64,000 nt of DNA from Candidatus Thorarchaeota archaeon. Its GTDB lineage: Archaea; Asgardarchaeota; Thorarchaeia; Thorarchaeales; Thorarchaeaceae. Position 1 is the stretch's first letter. Each line of letters opens with the position of its first letter. Positions 57,128 through 64,000 of this stretch are shown piece after piece. The stretch covers positions 1 to 64,000 of the forward strand of contig JBHLRZ010000003.1 in NCBI GenBank assembly GCA_048882045.1. Direction: 5' to 3'. Made by a program: the position numbers and the translations under genes. The notes under the pieces are model-generated. The model was given only the letters and a program-made list of their open reading frames with translations, was not told the origin of the DNA and did not search any database.

Positions 57128-57622
57128 CTAGTATCCACGGCTGAAGTCTCGACCACCACGGCGATCGCCACGGTCTCGGTCTCTGTATCCTCCGCCACCA
57201 CGGCGGTCACGACCATAGCCCCCTCCACCTCTGTAGCGGGGTCTACTCTCGTGTTCTTCTTCAGACATATCGACCTCATCGTTGATTTCTGTGATTTCTT
57301 CCTCAGCTGGCTTTAGTGTGCCATAGCGACCAATGTTGAGTCGGAGATGTCCCTGGAACAGGGTTGTATAACCGTTCTCAAGTCGGTATGTCTTGTCAGC
57401 TTCGACTTCTTCGACCGAAGCATCCCATAGGGGGACAACCACCTTACCTGAACTGTCACCAACGACAGTGTCACACACACGGTGCTGCTCTCCATCTGCG
57501 CGGGATGTCACCTCTCTGACCTCGCCCTTTTCGATGACTTTGAACGAAATGTTCACACTCTTCATCCTTGGTTTGAGTTCAGAAATAACTGCTTCAATCG
57601 GTTCTCGCTCTTGGTAACCCAT
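57128..57622 (-). CDS. ssb: single-OB-fold single-stranded nucleic-acid-binding protein (crenarchaeal SSB / hSSB1-type) with RG-rich tail
   Basis: ISELKP...VNISFKVIE...VGDSSGKVVVPLWD...ENGYTTLFQGHLRLNIGRYG; tail RGGGGYGRDRRGGGGY. Confidence 0.88.
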   Translation of the reverse strand: MGYQEREPIEAVISELKPRMKSVNISFKVIEKGEVREVTSRADGEQHRVCDTVVGDSSGKVVVPLWDASVEEVEADKTYRLENGYTTLFQGHLRLNIGRYGTLKPAEEEITEINDEVDMSEEEHESRPRYRGGGGYGRDRRGGGGYRDRDRGDRRGGRDFSRGY

Positions 57623-57795
57623 GATAACTCACGTTCACTGTGTTCTGCAGGCGTTCAAAAGTAGAATCTTCTTCAGTGATCGCAAAGCTGTGCCTGGAAC
57701 TCTGGAGCTATTGATTCAATTTGAGGGCACTGCTGTTTTTTGGATTGTCTGATTCGCCTATAAAGTCATGCACTGCCAATTTTTCCAGAACAAGG

Positions 57796-58034
57796 TGGAC
57801 GATGGCTAACGCCAAAGACTTGGTGCCCGTTTTTGGGCTCGAGGTCCACCTCGTTTTGTTTTAAACATGAGTGGTGCTCCGATGCACATCGTTGCTTCAG
57901 CATCTCCCTGAACCCAGTTGGGTGAGAGCCGAATCTCCCTGCAGACGGACATTCGTATTGCTTCTTCAACGAGCTTGCTTCATGTCCACGACTTTCAATG
58001 AAGCGGGAGCGACTTCGCGCAAGCCAATCGTCCA
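57796..58034 (+). ncRNA. candidate structured non-coding RNA (~240 nt), unassigned family
   Basis: TGGACGATGGCT(57796-807) pairs with AGCCAATCGTCCA(58022-34); about 10 contiguous internal hairpins; G.U pairs favour the + strand; TATA-like CTATAAAG at 57758-65. Confidence 0.5.
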
Positions 58035-58160
58035 GGTTTGGTATGGAGTTTTCCTTACATAAGTGTTCTGAGTATTCCATTGATGAACTCCCCCAACTAT
58101 TCTATACTCATAGAATAACTTATAAGAAATTTCCCGGAATCCGCAGGACTGGAACCAAAG

Positions 58161-59237
58161 GTGGACCCATTGAACGGAATAAAGGTTGCAATAGTCGGCA
58201 TTGGTAATTGTGCAAGTGCACTTATACAGGGTGTAGAGTTCTATAAGGATGCCAGAGCAAACGGAGAGAACATAGGACTGGGGTATCCAGATTTTGCAGG
58301 ATATCATGTCAAAGATATTCAGTTCGTTGCAGCATTCGATGTAGCTGACACAAAGGTGGGATTTGATCTTGCAGAGGCAATCTTCGCCAAGCCAAACAAT
58401 GTGATGGCTTTTGCCAAAGTTCCTAAGACAGGTATTGAGGTCATGAAAGGTCCAGCACTTGATGGTCTGGACGAGATGCTCAAAGCACTTGTGACCGAAT
58501 CCAAGGCAAAAGATGCTGATGTTGTGAAGGTCCTCAAAGACTCAGGAGCGGAGATACTTATCAACCTCATTCCGGGTTCTGCTGAAGAAGCAACCAAGTT
58601 TTATGCAAATGCAGCCCTCGAAGCCGGATGTGCATACATCAATGGTACTCCCATCCCTATTGCCTCAGACCTTGAGTGGAGTAAGAAGTTTGAGGAAAAA
58701 GGACTTCCTCTAGTCGGAGATGATATTCAAGACCAGTTAGGTTCAACAGTTCTCCACCGGAGCATTCTACAGCTTCTTGTTTCAAGAGGAGTTAAAGTAG
58801 ATGAGAGTTACCAGCTCGACATCGGTGGTGGTGCGGAGTCAATCGATTCGCACTACAGAGGCAGGCTGAGAAAGAGGGGTGTAAAAAGCGAAGCAGTTGG
58901 ACAAGATCTACCATATGATGCCCCGATAGTTGCAGGTTCATCCGATTGGGTATCCTTCATGGATAACGCTCGTGATTCATACTTCTATATTAACGGTCGC
59001 CAGTTTGGTGGCGCACCAATCAAGATCGATATCCGCATGGAGGTCACAGATGGACCTAATGCAGGTCCCATCCTGTTGGATGCTATTAGAGGAACCAAAC
59101 TTGCGCTAAAGAGAGGTCTCAGTGGATCTTTGGAAGCAATCTCTGCCTATGGATTCAAGATGCCACCTACTCCAACCACAATGTATCGTGCTGAGAGATG
59201 GGTGGAAGAGTTCCTGCTCGGAAAACGAAAGCTATAG
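58161..59237 (+). CDS. ino1: myo-inositol-1-phosphate synthase family (divergent active site)
   Basis: VAIVGIGNCASALIQG, VAAFDV..KVG.DL.EAIF, YA.AAL.AG...IN..P, VGDDI, DAIR..KLA, FKMPP. Confidence 0.8.
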   Translation: MDPLNGIKVAIVGIGNCASALIQGVEFYKDARANGENIGLGYPDFAGYHVKDIQFVAAFDVADTKVGFDLAEAIFAKPNNVMAFAKVPKTGIEVMKGPALDGLDEMLKALVTESKAKDADVVKVLKDSGAEILINLIPGSAEEATKFYANAALEAGCAYINGTPIPIASDLEWSKKFEEKGLPLVGDDIQDQLGSTVLHRSILQLLVSRGVKVDESYQLDIGGGAESIDSHYRGRLRKRGVKSEAVGQDLPYDAPIVAGSSDWVSFMDNARDSYFYINGRQFGGAPIKIDIRMEVTDGPNAGPILLDAIRGTKLALKRGLSGSLEAISAYGFKMPPTPTTMYRAERWVEEFLLGKRKL

Positions 59238-59266
59238 ACATTCTTGCATGTAGAATGATTCCCAAT

Positions 59267-59965
59267 TCAGTAAGGACCACTGTAGATCAAGTTCAATACC
59301 AGGGTATATTGGTATGTGCAAGATGGATATACCTCAGTATATTGTGCTTCAAAGGGAATACCAGAATCGAAATCAGACCAGCCCTCCCACTTCTCACTGG
59401 CAACATTTGGCCAGATAGAGTACAATTCTCGTGATGCAAAATAGAAACGTTCCTCCGTCCTTGAACCTACATAATGTCTCGATGTGTCAAGTTCACTCCA
59501 ATCTACAGATGGGAATACATCAAGAAATAATGTATCCATGAGTTCCCAACCGCCAATCGGCAAAAGAGATTGAGATATTGGATTTTTCAGAGCTTGAATG
59601 AAGATTTGTGGAATCGCGGATCCATTTGAGAAGCGGCAAGTAATCTTTTGATCTAGAATTACATTTGAGAGGAAAGTTTCTTCCGTGATAGGACCAGTCA
59701 CATTTGGCAATTCAGTTATAGTAACAATGATCTGTTCTCCATCAAGACCAAGAAATTGCCTACAGGTGTCACCATATGGGTATCCACTCTCAGTTACAGA
59801 CACTTCTATTGAATAAAGTAATTCTTCACCCACCTCAACACCCCACTGAAATGGGGATTCATATGTATTCCAAGGAATAAGGTTCACTACCCCAGCTGAT
59901 CCAAATAGAACTACTAGAATGACAATAGCAAGTGTTCTACGTTGACTCACACCTCTCAATGACAC
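59267..59965 (-). CDS. hypothetical exported/membrane-anchored protein
   Basis: N-terminal hydrophobic helix; WGVEVGEELLY; N-x-S/T sequons. Confidence 0.6.
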   Translation of the reverse strand: MSLRGVSQRRTLAIVILVVLFGSAGVVNLIPWNTYESPFQWGVEVGEELLYSIEVSVTESGYPYGDTCRQFLGLDGEQIIVTITELPNVTGPITEETFLSNVILDQKITCRFSNGSAIPQIFIQALKNPISQSLLPIGGWELMDTLFLDVFPSVDWSELDTSRHYVGSRTEERFYFASRELYSIWPNVASEKWEGWSDFDSGIPFEAQYTEVYPSCTYQYTLVLNLIYSGPY

Positions 59966-60027
59966 ACCACTCCAATGTATAGTGTGTTTGGTATTGATTC
60001 TAATCCTAGAACACTAGAAAGAACAGA

Positions 60028-60432
60028 TTACTTGTGAGCCTTCTGATATTCAACAAGTAGAGTCTTGAGTCTGTCAAGCTTAGTTATTATTTCAAACTCT
60101 GTTTCTTCTCCAACTTCATTTAGAATCTCGTTGAAAGCTATCACATTGCGAAAGTCTTCCATCAGGGCGTCCTTTGCCGCCTTGGTTCTGGCTTTCTTAT
60201 CGTAGACGACAATTCGGTTTTCTGGTTCAAAATTAATGACTATGCTTCTATCCAAATACATGACCTTCTTGCACTTTGGACATTGCACCCGATTAGCTTT
60301 TCCTGATTTTAGTGGCTTGATCAAATCTCGGTCTTCAGATAGGTCGATGTGTTCTATCACATCCGATTCATACACGTTCTTGCATTTCGAACATTTGACT
60401 TCTGCAACACTTGTACTAGCCACTATTTTCAC
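60028..60432 (-). CDS. CpXC-domain zinc-ribbon protein
   Basis: CSKC...IDLSED.DL...L.SG..N...CPKC. Confidence 0.75.
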   Translation of the reverse strand: MKIVASTSVAEVKCSKCKNVYESDVIEHIDLSEDRDLIKPLKSGKANRVQCPKCKKVMYLDRSIVINFEPENRIVVYDKKARTKAAKDALMEDFRNVIAFNEILNEVGEETEFEIITKLDRLKTLLVEYQKAHK

Positions 60433-60477
60433 CGGTTTACTAGTGGAACGTTTTAGTATGCACTTAAGAATTCCGAA

Positions 60478-61143
60478 CTACGATGGTTTGGTCTCGCGAT
60501 GTTCAGTCGAATCAACTTCCGAATCTTCGACACCATCATCATCGCCTGTGATTTCATCCTCAATAATGTCCTGCAGCATATCAGACTCCTTTCCTTCAGA
60601 CCTGCGTTTGAAGAGAATACCAGTAATGATTGCTGTGAGAGCTATTGATGCAATTACGATAGGAGCAGACTCAAAGTAGGTGGCGGTTTCAACACCAATA
60701 AGCGCTCCAGCAAGTGTCACAGCAACTTTTCCGATAAAGTAACTAATGAGGAATTTTGCAGAGTTGTATTTTGTCAGTCCTACGTACACAATGAGGGGAT
60801 CATCTGGAACTGGAGACGCAGCTGCAATGAAGAGGGCAAGTGCACCCCACTTTTCAACTCTTTTCTTCTCATTCTCCAACATGTCTAGTCTTTCCTCGGA
60901 TAGAACCACCCTCGAACCTCTCACGACAAGATAATGTATGTACTTTGCCAGAGTAGCTGTGATGGCAACAATGAGACCAATCTGAACCCAACCGAGTTCC
61001 GGAACTAGCAATGCTGCAGCACCTGCAAGGACCATGTTACTCGGACTGAGGAATGGAATCATGTTGATGGCAAAGCAGATGATGAAGAGCCCTACATACC
61101 CCTGCTCAATCATCTGAGTGATGATTAGGAATATGTCTTGCAT
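60478..61143 (-). CDS. DedA/VTT (SNARE-associated) membrane protein
   Basis: GYVGLF, PFLSPS, WGALALFIAAASPVPDD, GLTKY, FIGK. Confidence 0.85.
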   Translation of the reverse strand: MQDIFLIITQMIEQGYVGLFIICFAINMIPFLSPSNMVLAGAAALLVPELGWVQIGLIVAITATLAKYIHYLVVRGSRVVLSEERLDMLENEKKRVEKWGALALFIAAASPVPDDPLIVYVGLTKYNSAKFLISYFIGKVAVTLAGALIGVETATYFESAPIVIASIALTAIITGILFKRRSEGKESDMLQDIIEDEITGDDDGVEDSEVDSTEHRETKPS

Positions 61144-61185
61144 GTGATATGCACCATTGTACTGGATTGGATAATTTGGTTCAGA

Positions 61186-61608
61186 TCAAACAGACACCTG
61201 ATTGATGACTACTCTCTGAACTCCATCTAGAACCTTCAACGAGTCTTCAAGCTCCGACAGATCTGAGCTGAGCTGAGATGGATTGAAGTAGCACTCATAG
61301 AAGCATCTGGTCCCTCGCAGACAAACTCCTGTCGAGAAAAGTAGGTCAACAAGCCCTGACTTCTTGAAGATTTGAGAGAGTTTTGTCAGGAAGTCGTTTG
61401 TCAACTTTCCAATCTCAAGGCTTAGGAAAAGTACCTCATCACTTTCGAGAGGAAATATCTTGATGAGTCGGTCCTTGTGAACAAGAACCATCAAACCTTG
61501 ACCGGTTCCCATAGCGTTCTTGAAGGCAGTTGGGAATTTCACGGTTTCACTGGAATCAAACACAAGTACTCGACCAGCAGTTGCTCCATCATAAGATTCG
61601 TCAGACAT
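61186..61608 (-). CDS. possible AbrB-like + ACT-domain regulator
   Basis: N-terminal VFDSSETVKFPTAFKNAMG (AbrB-like); C-terminal LTKLSQIF...LKVLDGVQRV (ACT-like). Confidence 0.5.
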   Translation of the reverse strand: MSDESYDGATAGRVLVFDSSETVKFPTAFKNAMGTGQGLMVLVHKDRLIKIFPLESDEVLFLSLEIGKLTNDFLTKLSQIFKKSGLVDLLFSTGVCLRGTRCFYECYFNPSQLSSDLSELEDSLKVLDGVQRVVINQVSV

Positions 61609-61747
61609 CAGCCCTTTGTCTCCTTAGCGAAATCCTGTTTAAGAAAACTCTTCAGACTTCGAATATAAGTGAATCTCTACTGTTTCCCCTGCTTGAAAGA
61701 AGTGTGCTCCTTTTGAAGGATGGACCGTAACTTGGAAACGAGAGAGA

Positions 61748-62014
61748 ATGAAACCGAAAGCAATTGAGAGAAAGCCACAAACTCGCTTGAGAGAGGTGTC
61801 AGATCTCAGAACTCAGTTCCAGTGTGAGTACAGATTGTACTTGAAACAGAAATGTGAGGAGTCCTCATCAGAAGCAAGCCTCATGGGATCAATACTCCAT
61901 ACGAGAATAGGAGACACTTCGCGATTGCAGAAGGTCCAAGAAGGTAGAGGAATCCTGCCTTTGTTGATTATCATAATGACATTGGTGATAGGTTTACTCT
62001 GGATAATCTGGTGA
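61748..62014 (+). CDS. N-terminal fragment of Cas4/RecB-like nuclease with C-terminal TM anchor
   Basis: VSDLRTQFQCEYRLYL...GSILH, then GILPLLIIIMTLVIGLLWIIW-stop. Confidence 0.65.
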   Translation: MKPKAIERKPQTRLREVSDLRTQFQCEYRLYLKQKCEESSSEASLMGSILHTRIGDTSRLQKVQEGRGILPLLIIIMTLVIGLLWIIW

Positions 62015-62018
62015 TACT

Positions 62019-62678
62019 ATGAATGCGTTCTTGGGCCTGATTCTGTTTATCGTCTTCTTAGGAGGTATTCTGCTTCTCCTGAATATGCATGCTCGGACAG
62101 GATTCTCCACAACAGGAATGAAGATACATAGAGCAGTTCCAGCACCTTGGAATCTAACAGAGTTCCTCAGGCTCAAGCCTAGTCGTTGGAAGATTGGGGA
62201 GTATTATTTGTTTTGTGAAGAAACCGTTCGGTCACTTGGTCACAGGTTTGTCGGGAGGTTTGATAGTGCAATACTTCACTGGGAAGAAGCTCCAGTGCTG
62301 GATATTGTTATGGAGTACAAGTTTCCAGTCAATCATCTACCTGAGCAGAGGCGACAAGAGGATATCTTTCAAGCTGGGCTTTACGCCCTTGCCTTAATGG
62401 AAACCGGGGTCTCATGTTCCAGTACTCGACTTGTGACAATATATTGTCTCCAAGACAAAGCAAGCAGATGTGTTGAAGGAAAATCAAGCACATCATGTTG
62501 GAATTGTGGAGATAGCAAGATTTTCACAAACCGCTTCAATCCACATTATGCAATCAAGACTTTGAAGAGGTTGGATGAAGTCTGGTACAAAGGGAGAAAA
62601 CCAAAACCGACGCTTGAACGTCAGAGATGCAGGGTATGTCCCTATAGCAGGGATAAATGTAATTACTCCACAGTCTGA
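62019..62678 (+). CDS. PD-(D/E)XK Cas4-like nuclease core with N-terminal TM anchor
   Basis: N-terminal TM; GRFD, MEYK, QAGLYALAL, C-terminal CRVCPYSRDKC; own GGTGA SD. Confidence 0.75.
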   Translation: MNAFLGLILFIVFLGGILLLLNMHARTGFSTTGMKIHRAVPAPWNLTEFLRLKPSRWKIGEYYLFCEETVRSLGHRFVGRFDSAILHWEEAPVLDIVMEYKFPVNHLPEQRRQEDIFQAGLYALALMETGVSCSSTRLVTIYCLQDKASRCVEGKSSTSCWNCGDSKIFTNRFNPHYAIKTLKRLDEVWYKGRKPKPTLERQRCRVCPYSRDKCNYSTV

Positions 62679-62718
62679 ATACATTAACACAGACCTTTTT
62701 ACGTTAACAAATGAAGAA

Positions 62719-63144
62719 ATGAGTACCATGGTTCATTCATTGACTCGCCTACTCACATATGTCATGAGTGCAAAGAGAGACCTCAAGCGTGTTTACTACA
62801 CTAGTCGAAATCAAGAGGGAAAGCTTGATGCCAAGGAACTCGTTGCAGCCACAATCACACTTCAGAAACTACTGGAGGATCTCATAACAAAGAATAGAAC
62901 AATCCGAATGGCGAAAAAAGTACTTGAAGACCGAAAAGCTGAGCTCATGCTACGGAGATGGTTAATCGGTTTTCCAAAAAGGGTCAAAGATTTCATATCG
63001 AAATCGAAAAAGCTTGATCAGTTGCACCTTCGAAAATATCAACAGTCATTTCTTGCCTTCATCACTGAAATTAGTGAAGAGCTTGCAAAATGGATTGAGG
63101 ACATCGAAACCCTCAGAGAGATTCCCCGACCTCCAAAGCCATGA
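62719..63144 (+). CDS. hypothetical basic helical protein
   Basis: In-frame ATG 62719/62728 after the Cas4-like stop; K/R/L-rich. Confidence 0.55.
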   Translation: MSTMVHSLTRLLTYVMSAKRDLKRVYYTSRNQEGKLDAKELVAATITLQKLLEDLITKNRTIRMAKKVLEDRKAELMLRRWLIGFPKRVKDFISKSKKLDQLHLRKYQQSFLAFITEISEELAKWIEDIETLREIPRPPKP

Positions 63145-64000
63145 TTACCAGCGAAGACGCGCAGCCATTCCACCAAATGACTTTAGCTGTGCACCTGATT
63201 CAGTCTGATTGGAGAATACAAGAAGGTTTGACCCATAGGTCCCTACTTCATCGTAGAGTTCGTCCATCTGTTCTGCTATGTCCTCAAGGACCATCACCGT
63301 ATCAACTCGTCCCTCATGGAGCGCATCCATGACTTCTTTCTTTCCGTACGTGACTGTATTTAGGCCCTTCATCAAGTCCTCTATGAATTGATCCCAAGTC
63401 TGACGTTCGACATAGATCTCAGTTTCACGGAGGATACGAGATGCTTCTTTCATAGCTTGGTAAAGACCAGTCTCATCTATTATACTGACAGGAATAATAG
63501 TTTCTGCAATCTTTTCCCTGATTCGATAGTCAAGATCACCTTTTTCGAGGAACTCTTGGCACCTGATTGTGTTTCCGCCTAGAACGATAGCATCGACGTT
63601 GTCTAGGTCCTCTAGGAGCAGATCGCTAAGCATACGACCAACATACTTGAAGAATTCTTGCATTTTCTCCTCTCGTATCCGAAGATAGCGTTTTGCGCTC
63701 TGACCTCCAGCTCGCGTCTTCCCTATGATATAGAAGTCTTCGTCACGTACCAATTCCATGTGTTTCCCACGGAGATAGCCTATAGTGACCTTTCCACCTT
63801 CAAGCAGAACAATGACAACCAAGCTCTTTGGCTTGGTCATGTTCTCAAGTTCCTCTGTAACAAATTCTCTACCACATAGATAGATGAACTGTGATATCGG
63901 AGTTGGGGGAACAATAATTTCTCGAATCTCGTTCCCGGTACCACCTTCTTCCTCAACACCGAAGAAGAATGCTAAGCCATTATCTGGAATCTGACCGACC
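63145..64000 (-). CDS. prf1: archaeal peptide chain release factor aRF1 family (5' end outside window)
   Basis: GGQS motif (GKTRAGGQSAKRY); frame stays open to the window edge through IPDNGLAFF and YLCGREF; C-terminal FGGMAARLRW. Confidence 0.88.
   Translation of the reverse strand, partial: VGQIPDNGLAFFFGVEEEGGTGNEIREIIVPPTPISQFIYLCGREFVTEELENMTKPKSLVVIVLLEGGKVTIGYLRGKHMELVRDEDFYIIGKTRAGGQSAKRYLRIREEKMQEFFKYVGRMLSDLLLEDLDNVDAIVLGGNTIRCQEFLEKGDLDYRIREKIAETIIPVSIIDETGLYQAMKEASRILRETEIYVERQTWDQFIEDLMKGLNTVTYGKKEVMDALHEGRVDTVMVLEDIAEQMDELYDEVGTYGSNLLVFSNQTESGAQLKSFGGMAARLRW

Noticed and set aside
57796-58034. RNase P RNA, SRP RNA or a MITE as the identity of the structured element
   Set aside because: No GAGGAAAGUCC / ACAnAAnnnnGCUUA P4 pair, and no SRP helix-8 GGAA/AGCA motif or long helix 5 on either strand. 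No convincing target-site duplication or second copy in the window. A MITE is not fully excluded without a genome-wide search.
57766-58080. 104-aa minus-strand ORF (and short + ORFs) in the ssb-ino1 gap
   Set aside because: No recognisable motifs and atypical composition; the region is better explained by the nested stem-loop structure.
61748-62678. CRISPR-Cas locus, or selenocysteine/readthrough fusion at TGA 62012-62014
   Set aside because: No repeat-spacer array or other cas genes were seen. ORF2 is in a different frame, and in-frame readthrough gives unrelated sequence that soon stops.

Overview
Gene-dense archaeal chromosomal segment with about 65 CDS. No rRNA, tRNA, CRISPR array, transposase or integrase was recognised. 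Roadblock/LC7 proteins, archaeal release factor aRF1, tungsten AOR, a single-OB-fold SSB and GGTGA/GAGG Shine-Dalgarno motifs suggest an Asgard archaeon, probably Thorarchaeia-like; this is an inference, not a database result. The left part (1-27.6 kb) is mixed housekeeping, membrane and proteolysis genes. The middle (27.9-57.1 kb) is an anaerobic catabolic region: ferredoxin+AOR, LLM/F420-type reductase, hydantoin racemase, two DUF917 proteins, a nucleotidyltransferase-like/metallophosphoesterase pair, an APC permease, two FAD-oxidoreductase/CCG Fe-S pairs, and an aminotransferase-glycyl radical enzyme-KdgK-Eda operon. The right end carries SSB, a candidate structured ncRNA, a divergent Ino1, a split Cas4-like nuclease and aRF1. 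Best candidates for new biology: (1) a diol-dehydratase-type glycyl radical enzyme in one operon with KDG kinase and KDPG aldolase, possibly a radical Entner-Doudoroff entry; (2) a Cas4/RecB-like Fe-S nuclease split into two membrane-anchored genes; (3) a ~240-nt multi-hairpin element closed by a 12-bp terminal stem; (4) a prodomain-less subtilase with eukaryotic Site-1 protease (MBTPS1)-like architecture beside an intramembrane protease; (5) an NTase/phosphoesterase pair between two DUF917 paralogues. All family assignments come from motifs recognised by eye; no searches were run.
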